A DNA stretch of 64,000 bases, taken from Candidatus Yanofskybacteria bacterium. Lineage in GTDB: Bacteria; Patescibacteriota; Minisyncoccia; 2-02-FULL-40-12; GWA2-44-9. Both the position numbers and the translations under genes were made by a program. Positions 37,503-48,057 of the stretch are shown here, one piece after another. The number at the start of each line of letters is the position of its first letter. Position 1 is the stretch's first letter. Under the pieces are notes generated by a model. The model searched no databases. It was given only the letters and a program-made list of their open reading frames with translations, and was not told the DNA's origin. The stretch spans positions 14,420 through 78,419 of the forward strand of contig JADLBM010000014.1 in assembly GCA_020847715.1 (NCBI GenBank), in the 5' to 3' direction.

Positions 37503-37934
37503 ATGTTGGCAATAGCGCTTCTGCTACTTGTTGCCGGGGCACCTGGAGACCACCAAAAGAAGAGCACAAACCGTTCGGTATCGGCGTCGCTCCAGCGCCT
37601 TGCAAAGGAGCCGGTCAGAATCCTTCGGATACCTTCGCGTCCGGTTGTCATGTCGCCTCGCCCAATTGAGGTGGAACTCCATGTGACCGTGCGAAGCACT
37701 TCTGAAGAGCTCTGGTGTCCTGGCATTGAAATTGAGTGGGGGGACGGTGAGCTGTCCGCTGTCACACCCGACTGCGACCCGTTTGAGCAGGCGAGTGACG
37801 AGGACAAGCTGGAGCAGCGGTACGGACCGTTCTCGCATCTCTACCGAGTGAAGGGGCAGCACACGATTCTCGTGAACGTCATGAAGAACGGGAAGAGGAT
37901 TCGGCAGGTGACGAACAAGCTCGACTACCGCTGA
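37503..37934 (+). CDS. Hypothetical exported protein, PKD-like
   Basis: Signal peptide, WGDG, H.Y...G; GGAGGTG RBS. Confidence 0.65.
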   Translation: MLAIALLLLVAGAPGDHQKKSTNRSVSASLQRLAKEPVRILRIPSRPVVMSPRPIEVELHVTVRSTSEELWCPGIEIEWGDGELSAVTPDCDPFEQASDEDKLEQRYGPFSHLYRVKGQHTILVNVMKNGKRIRQVTNKLDYR

Positions 37935-38336
37935 GGATCGTCAGATGGCACACCATTCTCGGTGTGCCTTTTCTTGCCGTCCGCACAGCGAGGGGAGACC
38001 CGGCGCCCGCTGTTTCAATGCGTCGTACAATGTAGGTTATGCGACTCTATAACCCCGCATACTCCCCTACATATGCCCAAAAAATAGGCTTTCCAAGAAT
38101 GTGCCAAAAATCATATTGCCCTCTTTTTTGTACATGCACACGATCCCCTCCACTCGCCGTGCGACTCCTCTCTCCGTACCGCTCTGCGGCATCGCATGCG
38201 TCATCCTAAACGACTTCTCCGGAGTACAAAAAACGACGCCCGCGAAACGGCGCCGCCCGTCGAGATTCAGTTCTGTCTATTCTTCACGTCCGACGATTTC
38301 CGTTTTTCCTTCACTCCCCCTCCCCCATTGGTACGC

Positions 38337-39581
38337 CTAGAGGTAATCTGCGGGATTGAGCGTTCCTTCGAAGTAGTTGAAGTAGAGATCATCTCCCTTG
38401 AGGTAGGTGAAGAACTCTTTATAGAGCGAGAGGTGAAGGTGAGAACCGGTCACCTTTCCGGTGGTACCTTCGTAGCCGATGATGTCGCCGGTCTTTACCT
38501 GCGAGCCGACCTTCAAGAATGAGAGCGAGCTCATGTGGCCATACACGCTCACCATATTATTGGTGTGCTGGATGGCAACCCAGTTCCCCCATCCGCTATT
38601 CGTTCCATTCGCGACAATACGGCCATCTCCGATAGTCTTAATCGGCGTTCCATAACCCGATGCGATGTCGATGCCGTTATGCGGTGCTCCCCCGTAGGCG
38701 CCACGCTTTGCGTACTTGGTCATGCCGTACCCCTGTGTCAGATGGTAATCATCCTCCGGCCAACTAAAAAGCTTCGTCCCGCGGGGAGGAACACGATCCG
38801 CCTTGATGTGGACGATGTAGAGTCCACCGGAAACAACCTTCAATTCAAGTTCGCGGAGCTCTTTGAAGAACGCTGCCTTCTGCTTCTCAATCTCAGTTAG
38901 CTGTTTCTGGTAGGCCGCCTCTTGCCCTTTGGTCACCTGCAACACGCGATCGCGCTCTCCCTTGACACCGGCGAGCTGCTGACGACGCTGGAGCGCCTGC
39001 GCATTAAGATCCTCCAGTTGGTGCTGTTTCCCCTCGAGCTCGGCCTGATCCCGCTCAAGCGCAACTTTCGCATCTTTCAGGTCGGCAATCATGCCAAGGA
39101 GCCGGTCTTGAATGGTCGCGAGATCGTGGAACTGCTGAAGGAAACTCGAAAGGTTCGCGTACTTAAAGAGGCTTGCCGCAAGATCCTCGTGATCGCGCTG
39201 TTCAAGGAATAGGACCATGCGCCCGATGGTCTCCCGCTTGCGACTCATATCGTCGCGCTTGTCGATAATCTGCGCTTCAATCTGACCAATCTCAGTCTTC
39301 GTGAGATCAATCTTCTTTCCGGTCGCAGCAATCTGCGCTTCAATCTGACCAATCTGTCCCTTGAGAACGGCGATCTCTTTCTTTAGCGTATCCGCCTTTG
39401 CTCGCTCAGTGGCGATACTCGAACGGAATTGTGCCGCTTGCTGCTCGAGTTTTTCAATTTGCCCCTGAAGCTCTTGGATACGCGCCTCCTCAGGCGTGAG
39501 CGCGAACGCACGGGAGGGGAAGAGCGCGCACAAAACAAGGAGAGCTCCGGCAAGAACGATTCCGCGATGAAATGTGTTCAT
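38337..39581 (-). CDS. Coiled-coil M23 peptidase (EnvC/MepM-like)
   Basis: Signal peptide, long coiled coil, HNGID, YGHM, HLH. Confidence 0.92.
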   Translation of the reverse strand: MNTFHRGIVLAGALLVLCALFPSRAFALTPEEARIQELQGQIEKLEQQAAQFRSSIATERAKADTLKKEIAVLKGQIGQIEAQIAATGKKIDLTKTEIGQIEAQIIDKRDDMSRKRETIGRMVLFLEQRDHEDLAASLFKYANLSSFLQQFHDLATIQDRLLGMIADLKDAKVALERDQAELEGKQHQLEDLNAQALQRRQQLAGVKGERDRVLQVTKGQEAAYQKQLTEIEKQKAAFFKELRELELKVVSGGLYIVHIKADRVPPRGTKLFSWPEDDYHLTQGYGMTKYAKRGAYGGAPHNGIDIASGYGTPIKTIGDGRIVANGTNSGWGNWVAIQHTNNMVSVYGHMSSLSFLKVGSQVKTGDIIGYEGTTGKVTGSHLHLSLYKEFFTYLKGDDLYFNYFEGTLNPADYL

Positions 39582-39592
39582 CCTCCGTACGG

Positions 39593-40888
39593 TTATACGA
39601 GCTTCTTCAATGCGTTTGCGATACGTGTTCGAACCTGTTCTGGGCCGATGACCGCCGCAATATCGAGAGGGCCGGCACTGTTTTGCCGACCGGAGAGGGC
39701 GACCCGCAACGGCCAGTAGATACTCCCCTTCTTGCCCGCGAAACGGTCCGCGGCGGCAGCATCAAGTGCGGCCTGCGTGAGCTCTCCAGATTCTGCAAGC
39801 TGGGCGCAGAGCTCCAGCGCTCCGCGCGTTGTCTCAAGAGCATCATCTTTCCATGCCAGCAACGCACCCTCGTATTCCGGTTCCTCCCAGAAGTACGAAA
39901 ATTGAGCAATATCGGTCAGGCGCTCGAGCCGCTCAGTCATGAGCGGAACCGCGGCGTCAGGAAGGTCGGGCTTTCCGATAAGCACCTTGAATGTTTCAGA
40001 CGGAAGTCGCTTCAGGTATTGCGCGTTGGTCCAGTTGAGCTTTTGCTGGTCAAACACCGCGCCAGAGGTGTGCACGCGCGACAAATCGAACTGCTCCGCC
40101 ATGGCACGCATATCAAGGAGCTCCGCATCGTAGGTGTACCCCAACTGTCCCATGAACGACACAAGCGCTTCCGGAAGGTAGTCGGTTTGATAGTCGGCAA
40201 TGTTCGTCGCTCCGTGACGCTTCGACATCTTCGAGCGATCAGGACCAAGGATAAGCGGCAAGTGCGCAAAAACGGGCGGAGTTGCCTGGAGCGCCTCGTA
40301 GATAAGAAGCTGCTTCGGCGTGTTCGAGATATGATCCTCACCGCGAATGACATGCGTAATCTCCATATCGAGATCGTCCACGACGACGGCAAAGTTATAG
40401 AGCGGCGTATCGAGATCCTTCGCAAGCACAACTTGACCGACATGCTGCGCTCGGACCGCAACCCTGCCGCGAATGACATCGTCGAATGCAATCTCCCGTT
40501 CCGAATCAGTGGGCGGCGTCAGCGCGATAACACGGTCCCGTGCGGTACGTCCATCACGCTCCATATCCGCTTTCTCCTCGTCGCTATACTCGCGCCAAAA
40601 TGCGGAACCACTCTCCAATAGGCGCTCGAGGTACGCGCGATACACCGGAAGGCGCTCCGTCTGTCGTATGATGTGCTCATTATCCCAATCGAGCCCAAGC
40701 CACTGAAGACCCTCGATGATGTTCGTTTCGTACTCCTTTTTGCTGCGCTCGAGGTCGGTATCTTCGATGCGAAGGATAAATTGGCCGCCATGGTGACGAG
40801 CAAAGAGCCAATTAAAAAGCGCCGTACGGGCGGTTCCAATATGGAGATTGCCGGTCGGGGATGGGGCGATGCGTACGTTGACGGTCAT
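39593..40888 (-). CDS. gltX: Glutamate--tRNA ligase
   Basis: RIAPSPTG.LHIG, LRIEDTD, RGEDH, KMSKR. Confidence 0.96.
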   Translation of the reverse strand: MTVNVRIAPSPTGNLHIGTARTALFNWLFARHHGGQFILRIEDTDLERSKKEYETNIIEGLQWLGLDWDNEHIIRQTERLPVYRAYLERLLESGSAFWREYSDEEKADMERDGRTARDRVIALTPPTDSEREIAFDDVIRGRVAVRAQHVGQVVLAKDLDTPLYNFAVVVDDLDMEITHVIRGEDHISNTPKQLLIYEALQATPPVFAHLPLILGPDRSKMSKRHGATNIADYQTDYLPEALVSFMGQLGYTYDAELLDMRAMAEQFDLSRVHTSGAVFDQQKLNWTNAQYLKRLPSETFKVLIGKPDLPDAAVPLMTERLERLTDIAQFSYFWEEPEYEGALLAWKDDALETTRGALELCAQLAESGELTQAALDAAAADRFAGKKGSIYWPLRVALSGRQNSAGPLDIAAVIGPEQVRTRIANALKKLV

Positions 40889-40995
40889 GGATACAGCATA
40901 CGAGAAAAACCCGCATCGTTCAAACCGGAAGGGCATCACAAGGCAAAAGACGTCAAGACGTCGCAATCCCCTACAAGTATGCTTCAATACAGACA

Positions 40996-42891
40996 ATGTT
41001 CGTCATCCGCGTCGTCCCGTTGGCATCGCTTCCGGCGACCGCTCCGGCGGTGCTGGATTACTTCTGGAACACTCCCCTGCCCGCAGGTGCGGTTGTGCGT
41101 ATTTCGTGGGGTCACCGAAGCTCGTCCGCGGTTGTCCTTCACTCGCTCGACGTTCGTCAGGCGAAGCTCGCCGTAAAAAGCTCGGACTTTGCGCTCAAAC
41201 GGATAGACGCCATCCTTATCGAGGATCAACAAGCGACGCACGGACAGCTCGCCCTCGCACAGTGGCTCGCGACACAGTACGCCGCATCACTGGCAACATC
41301 GTTGAAGACGGTACTCCCGCCGTTCTTTGGAAAGCGCGGGCATCGCATCGCCCTCCCCGTAGAATCCGAACAGAAGGGTGACGCACCACCCGGCACATTC
41401 CTCCTTACCCAGCCGGATACCGCCCTCACCGAGCTTCGCGCCCATATCAAGCACGCCAAGGGACCACTCGTGGTCATCGCGCCCGAGCGGTCAATCGCCG
41501 AGCATCTTGCAGAAGCACTCTCCGACGAGCACCCGCTCCTCATGCATAGCGCGCTCTCGACGAAAGCTCATGCCGCAGTCTACCGAGCGGTCGCTTCCGG
41601 TGATGCGCGGGTCGTGATCGGCACTCGTGGGGCGCTATTTCTCCCATGGACTGCGCTCGCCCACATCGTCGTCGAAGACCCACTCAACGAAGCGTATAAG
41701 AGCGAAGCGGCACCGCGCTACAACACGCCCGATGTCGCCCGCCAGCTCGCCACGCTGCACGGAGCCGCACTCACGTGGCTCTCGCCTGCCATTAGTACCG
41801 TCCATTTCCATCTCCGTGAAACAGGAGTTCTCCGCATTGCCGACCGCAAGCCCCACTGGCCGACCGTGACGCAGGTCTCGATGGACCGTGAACAGCTCGA
41901 CGGGAACCGTTCATTCCTTTCCCGCGCCGTCCAAGATGCGATTCTCGATGCGTATGAACAGCAGCGCCCACTCCTGCTCATGTCGGCACGGAAAGCATAT
42001 GCAACGGCAATGCGGTGCGTACGGTGTCATGCCGCTCCCCAGTGCGACACCTGCCACATCCCGCTCCGTCTGCACCGTACGGTGGAGGATATGCTCGTGT
42101 GCTACCACTGCGGCACATTTGTATCCGTTCCAAAACAGTGCCCATCCTGCACGGCCGGGGCATTGAAACCAGCCGGAATACCGGGGAGTCAGAAGATTGC
42201 CGAAGCGGTCGCAACGCTTCTGGACCGGCATGGCTACCCGAAGCTAGTCCCTCCAATCCTCGACGGAGATCTTGTGCGGAGCGAGGCCAACGAGCGCGCC
42301 ATGCTCGCTCAGTTCGATGCGATGGAGCGGCCACTGATGGTTGCATCATCCATGATTTTCGGGCACCGCTACCGGCGCACATTTGATACGGTCATCGTCT
42401 CGCATCTGGACGCGCTTGGGTTCAGCCCTGACTTCAGGACGAACGAGCGGCTCGTTGCCCAGCTCGAGCGGCTTGCCGATTTTATGCCGTCTCGCATGAT
42501 CATCCAGCACTGGCACGATGAGAGCCAGCTCGGAGACCTCTCTGCACGATCGTGGGAAGCGCTCTATCGGGACGAGCTTACCCAACGCAAAATGCTCCGA
42601 TGGCCACCGTATGCCCGCATCGTTAAGCTGACCGCCCGACATCGCGACCGGCGAGCACTCGGTCGACTGACCGCCATCGGTGCGGATCGGCTGAAACGCG
42701 CCATCGAGCATATCGGCGCGCGCGGAACTCAGATTCTCGGACCGTCGCCGGCGCTCGTCGAACGGGCACGGGGACAGTGGACCCAGCATTTGATTCTCAA
42801 GAGCACACTGAGCGGGCACCGGCTCACCGAACTGCTCGGATACCTTCCGGTCGGGTGGACGGTAGATGTTGACCCAAGGTCAATCACATGA
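40996..42891 (+). CDS. priA: Primosomal protein N' with degenerate helicase motifs
   Basis: VIGTR.ALF.P, eight-Cys zinc region, PDFR..ER, PPY, GP.P; priA-def-fmt context. Confidence 0.85.
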   Translation: MFVIRVVPLASLPATAPAVLDYFWNTPLPAGAVVRISWGHRSSSAVVLHSLDVRQAKLAVKSSDFALKRIDAILIEDQQATHGQLALAQWLATQYAASLATSLKTVLPPFFGKRGHRIALPVESEQKGDAPPGTFLLTQPDTALTELRAHIKHAKGPLVVIAPERSIAEHLAEALSDEHPLLMHSALSTKAHAAVYRAVASGDARVVIGTRGALFLPWTALAHIVVEDPLNEAYKSEAAPRYNTPDVARQLATLHGAALTWLSPAISTVHFHLRETGVLRIADRKPHWPTVTQVSMDREQLDGNRSFLSRAVQDAILDAYEQQRPLLLMSARKAYATAMRCVRCHAAPQCDTCHIPLRLHRTVEDMLVCYHCGTFVSVPKQCPSCTAGALKPAGIPGSQKIAEAVATLLDRHGYPKLVPPILDGDLVRSEANERAMLAQFDAMERPLMVASSMIFGHRYRRTFDTVIVSHLDALGFSPDFRTNERLVAQLERLADFMPSRMIIQHWHDESQLGDLSARSWEALYRDELTQRKMLRWPPYARIVKLTARHRDRRALGRLTAIGADRLKRAIEHIGARGTQILGPSPALVERARGQWTQHLILKSTLSGHRLTELLGYLPVGWTVDVDPRSIT

Positions 42892-42903
42892 CATAATCAG
42901 ACC

Positions 42904-43377
42904 ATGCAGCTGACCCATGTCCCCCACCCCGTGCTCGCGAAACAGTGCGCCCCGCTCACACCGGCGGATTTGAAGGCAGGCGTTCATGCAGCGCTCATCA
43001 AGGAGATGAAGAAAGACATGGTCGCCAATAATGGCATTGGACTTGCGGCAAATCAGGTCGGCCTCGATCTTGCCCTCTTCGTCATCGACGAGGCTCTCGC
43101 CGCCGAGAATAACGTGCCATCGGCATTCGCGAATCCAGAAATTACCGAATACGGCAAAGAAGCCGATGAGATCGAGGAGGGGTGCCTCTCCATCCCCGGC
43201 ACCTGGCTCACCATCCGTCGCGCCAAGAAAATCATGTTCAAGGGGCTCGACGAGCACGGAAATAAGGTAAAGTTCCGCGCCCGCGGCATGCTCGCCCGCG
43301 TCCTCCAGCATGAGACGGACCACCTCTTCGGCCTCACCATCAAGGATCGTGCAACAAAAAAGTCCCGCTCCTCGTAA
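42904..43377 (+). CDS. def: Peptide deformylase
   Basis: GIGLAANQVG, EGCLS, QHETDHL. Confidence 0.96.
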   Translation: MQLTHVPHPVLAKQCAPLTPADLKAGVHAALIKEMKKDMVANNGIGLAANQVGLDLALFVIDEALAAENNVPSAFANPEITEYGKEADEIEEGCLSIPGTWLTIRRAKKIMFKGLDEHGNKVKFRARGMLARVLQHETDHLFGLTIKDRATKKSRSS

Positions 43378-43393
43378 GGGCGGGACGTTCGCA

Positions 43394-43636
43394 CTACCAC
43401 ATCAGCGTTGTCGCGCTCGAGACCCTCGCACCGCTGATGACACCATTCCAGACAAACCCAACGATGGACAGGAGCGTCAGCATCACGGAACAGACTCCCA
43501 CCAGTAGCCCTGCCGGCGTGCGCCATCCGCGTCTGCCCAAGAGACTAATGGCGATGATGCCGAGTACCACCCCGATGAGGAGTACTCTCCAGAGCATCAC
43601 CCCAGGAAACATCTCAAACATCGCCGGATCACCCAT
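43394..43636 (-). CDS. Small two-TM membrane protein between def and fmt
   Basis: AAGGAGG RBS, TATAAT upstream. Confidence 0.6.
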   Translation of the reverse strand: MGDPAMFEMFPGVMLWRVLLIGVVLGIIAISLLGRRGWRTPAGLLVGVCSVMLTLLSIVGFVWNGVISGARVSSATTLMW

Positions 43637-43731
43637 GCAACCTCCTTCGGAGAACGGCAAGACCTACAATACATTATAATCAGCATGCAGTCAATTTTTC
43701 TCCCCCTCTGCGCGCGGTATACTGAACCCAC

Positions 43732-44721
43732 ATGTCTATCGTTATTCCTGCCCCGAAATCTGCGGTACGCGTCTCAGTAGCATCTCGCTCGGAGGCGCGC
43801 ATTGTGTTCTTCGGTACGCCACTCTTCGCCGTACCCGCGTTGCGGCGACTCACCGCCGATGGCTGGCCAATTGCCGCCGTCATCACTGCACCCGACCGTC
43901 CGGTCGGTCGTCGCATGCTTCTCACTCCGAGTCCCGTCAAGAGCGCAGCGCTTGAGCTGGGCATCCCCGTGTGGACACCCCAAACACTGAAAGACGACGA
44001 AGTGTTCGTCCGATTCTCAGACCTCCAGCCGACGATTGGCATCGTGGTTGCCTACGGAAAACTCATCGGACAACGCTACCTCGAAGCGGTCTCGAGGGGG
44101 TTTCTGAATATTCACCCCTCACTGCTTCCGGCATATCGTGGGCCTTCCCCCATCCAGTCTGCTATTCTCGACGGCTGCTCGAATACCGGCGTCTCCCTCA
44201 TGCAACTGGATGCCGAAATGGACCACGGCCCCGTGGTCGCACAGGAGTCATGGGCTATCCCTCGAGGCTTTGACGCGCCGATGTGTGAAGATGAACTCTC
44301 GCACCTCGGGGCCGATCTCCTCGCGCGCTCCCTGCAGAACTACCTCGACGGTACGCTCGTGCCTATTCCCCAGAACGACGCCCTCGCGACATTCACGAAG
44401 AAGTTCGAGCGGCCCGACGGAAGAATTGTTTGGGCACAGGCCGCTACTGAGATTAGCAACCGCATCCGTGCGCTTGCGGCGAATCCGGGCACATGGACCA
44501 CCTGGAATGAGCACACCCTCAACATCGCGCACGCCCACCCGATAGACAGCGCATCCACCGAAGCCCCCGGAACCGTTGTTCTGCACGGCTCCGAAGTGTG
44601 CGTCGTGTGTGGCACCGGTATGCTTGCGCTGGAAACCATTCAACTCGAAGGCGGCACCCGACAACAGGCACGCGACTTCGTAAACGGTCGCCCCGCGTTC
44701 GTGGGAGCAGTTCTGTCTTGA
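43732..44721 (+). CDS. fmt: Methionyl-tRNA formyltransferase
   Basis: FFGTP.FA, NIHPSLLP.YRGPSPIQ, MDHGP. Confidence 0.96.
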   Translation: MSIVIPAPKSAVRVSVASRSEARIVFFGTPLFAVPALRRLTADGWPIAAVITAPDRPVGRRMLLTPSPVKSAALELGIPVWTPQTLKDDEVFVRFSDLQPTIGIVVAYGKLIGQRYLEAVSRGFLNIHPSLLPAYRGPSPIQSAILDGCSNTGVSLMQLDAEMDHGPVVAQESWAIPRGFDAPMCEDELSHLGADLLARSLQNYLDGTLVPIPQNDALATFTKKFERPDGRIVWAQAATEISNRIRALAANPGTWTTWNEHTLNIAHAHPIDSASTEAPGTVVLHGSEVCVVCGTGMLALETIQLEGGTRQQARDFVNGRPAFVGAVLS

Positions 44722-44779
44722 CCTCAAGTGCATACACTGCATACTAGAAGCGGTCACTTTGACATGCGCGGAGCAGACC

Positions 44780-45313
44780 ATGGAATCCTTGATCGAGCTC
44801 GTCATGCCCTGGGATATTGCCGTTCTCCAGGAGATTGGTGACAACCAGAAACTATCCGCGAACCCTGCGGAAGCGCTGGCAACCCAACGATCGTGGTGTC
44901 TTGACATTTTTCGCCTGCTCGCCCGTATTGCTGAGCGGCGTAGTGCGCGACGGGCATACATCGCAGATCTTACTCATACTCCCGATGAACACGAGATGCT
45001 CTGGGCGGCTTTGGGAAAGGATATCCTCACATCCATGCTGGCCGGCCAGAACATCGCCGTCATCGATTCGGAAAGTGTTCGCGCCCTCCTTCGTCTGAAC
45101 CCGCACCTTACCGAACAATTCCAAGAAGTGCGCAACCCCTTCTTCGATCTGTTCTTTGGGTGTCGCATCGCTCACCAGCTCTACCTTCCAATGAGTGGCA
45201 TCGACAACCCGAAAAACGAGCTCCTCATTCGAGAGGCTTGTGAGAAGCACATCGAAATCATCCACTGGCAGGTCATCCAAGAGTTTGTTGTTCGAGCGCC
45301 GCGGAGCACCTAG
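44780..45313 (+). CDS. Hypothetical protein
   Basis: Gap-filling ORF with TTGACC/CATACT promoter-like sequence. Confidence 0.55.
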   Translation: MESLIELVMPWDIAVLQEIGDNQKLSANPAEALATQRSWCLDIFRLLARIAERRSARRAYIADLTHTPDEHEMLWAALGKDILTSMLAGQNIAVIDSESVRALLRLNPHLTEQFQEVRNPFFDLFFGCRIAHQLYLPMSGIDNPKNELLIREACEKHIEIIHWQVIQEFVVRAPRST

Positions 45314-45389
45314 CTCGCGGCGTTCTTTCTTGCCGATATCGCTCTCCTGTGCTATAATCCCACGGCTGTATTTAATTCATACCCTCGCT

Positions 45390-45956
45390 ATGTCTCTCGG
45401 CGTCAACGACCTCAAACCAAAGACGTATTTCATTTATGAAGACCAGCCCTACATGGTGCTGGAGACCCATCACCTGAAGATGCAGCAGCGCCGTCCGGTG
45501 GTGCAGACGCGCATGCGCAATCTGCTCAACGGGAAGGTGCTCGAGCGCAACCTCGCCCAGTCCGACTTCTTCGAGGAAGCGGATGTCCAGCGGAAGAGCG
45601 TGAAATTCCTGTATAACCACCGCGACCAGTACTGGTTCGCCGATCCGAATGACCCGAGCAACCGCTTCGAGCTTCCGCAGGAGACCATCGGTGATCAGGT
45701 GCGTTTCATGAAGCCGAACACCGTCCTCGAGGCGCTCTCGTGGGATGACAAGGTCATCAACATCTCGCTTCCCATCAAGATGCAGTTCACGGTCACCGAG
45801 GCTCCCCCGGGCATCAAGGGAGACACCGCCACGGGAGGGACCAAGCAGGTCGTCCTCGACACCGGCGCGACCATCAACGCACCGCTGTTCGTGAACGAAG
45901 GCGACGTCATTGTAGTAAACACGGAAACCGGAGAGTACGTCGAGCGCGCGAAGTAA
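45390..45956 (+). CDS. efp: Elongation factor P
   Basis: PPGIKGDTATGGTK, LDTGA, PLFVNEGD, NTETGEYVER. Confidence 0.95.
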   Translation: MSLGVNDLKPKTYFIYEDQPYMVLETHHLKMQQRRPVVQTRMRNLLNGKVLERNLAQSDFFEEADVQRKSVKFLYNHRDQYWFADPNDPSNRFELPQETIGDQVRFMKPNTVLEALSWDDKVINISLPIKMQFTVTEAPPGIKGDTATGGTKQVVLDTGATINAPLFVNEGDVIVVNTETGEYVERAK

Positions 45957-46002
45957 CCAATCAGAGTGCGCAAAAAACGCCGGGCACTTGCTCGGCGTTT
46001 TG

Positions 46003-46656
46003 CTACGCTTCGGCTTCTGTAAGCACAAGGTTCACCAGCTCCCGCTCGGTTATATGGGCACCGTACCGTTCGGCAATGATCCGCTCGACCATACGCGCGT
46101 CGAACTCCTCGATGCTCAAACTGCTCGTGATGAGCCGAGGATCATCCCATATGCGGCGGCCGCGCTCAATATTGAGCCAGTACTGGACGCGCTCGAACTC
46201 CCACAGATCACGAAGCCACGGATCACGCGGCACGGCCTCGAGACTGGGAGAGAATCGCCGCAGGACAACTCCCGAAGCTTGCAGTCGATGACGAACCTCG
46301 TGGGCAGCGATCGCGAGAATGCGACAGCGCATACTCACCGGCTCCGCGCCACGCGTCACCGAAACTTCATCGTTCAAGATCTGCAGATCATGCAGGATCT
46401 TCCGCTCCATGCGGTGCGGGTAAATAAAGTAGGACTCTTCCCCACTTTTGAAAGATACGTAGTACGCTACGTAATCCGTAATGACGTCGTGCACGATAAT
46501 GGGAGCGCGCGCCGATGCCCCAAATATTCGCTCATCGAACCAGCGGATGTACCACATGAGAGCGAGGGCCATATGCGCGTCCCGCGTCTCGATGTTGTGA
46601 CACCGGATCCGCCAGAAGTGCAGTCGCTTGAACTCACGAAAGGCAAGTTCTCGCAT
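46003..46656 (-). CDS. Hypothetical protein with HExxH (zincin-like) motif
   Basis: IAAHEVRHRLQ and downstream EEFDA; GGGAGG RBS. Confidence 0.6.
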   Translation of the reverse strand: MRELAFREFKRLHFWRIRCHNIETRDAHMALALMWYIRWFDERIFGASARAPIIVHDVITDYVAYYVSFKSGEESYFIYPHRMERKILHDLQILNDEVSVTRGAEPVSMRCRILAIAAHEVRHRLQASGVVLRRFSPSLEAVPRDPWLRDLWEFERVQYWLNIERGRRIWDDPRLITSSLSIEEFDARMVERIIAERYGAHITERELVNLVLTEAEA

Positions 46657-46720
46657 CTCGCCTCCCCTTCAAAGAACGTTCCGGAAAGCGTATCGAAAAG
46701 CGCGCGGCGGCACAAGCGCC

Positions 46721-47230
46721 CTACTCTTCGCTGCGAGACGTGCGCATGAACGGGAGGATTGCCAGCGATGCCGCGGGCCACGCCCAACGGGCGTACGTCC
46801 CAGCAAGGGGGTCGTAGAGAACTCCCGCGATGCTCCGTGCAGCCGCTTCTTCGGTAAGGGCGAGGGCGATGCTTGCCAAGAGCCCTATCTGTACCAGAGA
46901 GATTGCGACCACATGCCATAGCGCAAGCTCACCGAGTGTGAGGCGCCCTCGCCGCACTGATGAAGAAAGAATGCTGAACACAACGAGGTACCCCGCGAGG
47001 AACACGAGTGGAAGCGCGTACGCCCGCAGATACTCAGGAAGACGCGCGGCAAGCTCTGGAACGAAGGGGAAGAGAACTGCGAGCGTGTACGCCACATAGA
47101 TGGCAAGGAGTGACACCAGCGCCCGCGTACGCCCGACTGATATCCCGTAGAGCACGAGCACAAGCGCCACAAGCGCCACGCCAAGCCCCCGTGGATCTCG
47201 GAGTGCCCTGACAATGACCGCCATGTCCAT
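46721..47230 (-). CDS. Hypothetical membrane protein
   Basis: About five TM segments. Confidence 0.7.
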   Translation of the reverse strand: MDMAVIVRALRDPRGLGVALVALVLVLYGISVGRTRALVSLLAIYVAYTLAVLFPFVPELAARLPEYLRAYALPLVFLAGYLVVFSILSSSVRRGRLTLGELALWHVVAISLVQIGLLASIALALTEEAAARSIAGVLYDPLAGTYARWAWPAASLAILPFMRTSRSEE

Positions 47231-47248
47231 ACCGTTAGTATACTCCTC

Positions 47249-48007
47249 CTATTTCGGGAAGAGCGTAATGAGAAGGTCGCCGGGTGGCGTCCCCTGCGGG
47301 CCGGCATTCCCCTCTTTCGGAAACGCGATGAGATATCTGCCGTCGATGTGATTCGGGATGTGGAGCTCGAGCGTACGCTTCCCCTTCCGGCGACCGGCGC
47401 CTCCGCACTCGTCACACACATGCTGTGGCACCTCACCGTCACCGCCGCACTCGGGACACACTGCCACCTGCGCGAATGTGCCGAACGGGGTTCGCACCGC
47501 CTGCCGCACGCGCCCCTGTCCCTTGCACTGCCCACACGCCTTCACCTTCCCCCCGCGGGCACCGGAGCCGCCGCACTCGATGCATGGCGAGAATGCCTCG
47601 AACTCATACACCTTTCGTTTCCCAAGGTCTCCCTTGCCAATGGTCATGTGAAGCTGGAGGTCTTCGCCCTTCTCCGGTTTTTGCCGCTGGGCACCCATGC
47701 CTCCCCCGAACATATCAAAAATACTCTCGAACCCGCCACCCATTCCACTAAAATCGAAATCTTGGAACCCACCCTGCTGACCACCAAATCCTGCAGGACC
47801 TTCGGCCGAGCCAAACCGGTCATAGCGCGCCTTCTTGTCGGGGTCACTCAACACCTGGTACGCCTCATTGATCTCTTTGAAGCGCGCTTCATTGCCACCC
47901 TTCTTATCTGGGTGGTGCTGGTGGGCAAGTTTCCGGTACGCCTTTTTAATCTCCTCTGCCGAGGCGCTTCGTGAAACTCCGAGTGTTGTATATGGATCTG
48001 CTGCCAT
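47249..48007 (-). CDS. dnaJ: DnaJ chaperone, C-terminally short
   Basis: HPD J-domain, G/F region, four CxxCxGxG repeats, ends just after GDL. Confidence 0.9.
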   Translation of the reverse strand: MAADPYTTLGVSRSASAEEIKKAYRKLAHQHHPDKKGGNEARFKEINEAYQVLSDPDKKARYDRFGSAEGPAGFGGQQGGFQDFDFSGMGGGFESIFDMFGGGMGAQRQKPEKGEDLQLHMTIGKGDLGKRKVYEFEAFSPCIECGGSGARGGKVKACGQCKGQGRVRQAVRTPFGTFAQVAVCPECGGDGEVPQHVCDECGGAGRRKGKRTLELHIPNHIDGRYLIAFPKEGNAGPQGTPPGDLLITLFPK

Positions 48008-48057
48008 AGTGGTGCGCATGTGCTGCCCGCCGTAAGGGGCGGGCTCTCTGCAAAATC

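Noticed and set aside
47249-48007. dnaJ as a pseudogene
   Set aside because: ORF is intact and ends at a subdomain boundary; compact forms of alaS, hrcA and rplM here suggest streamlining
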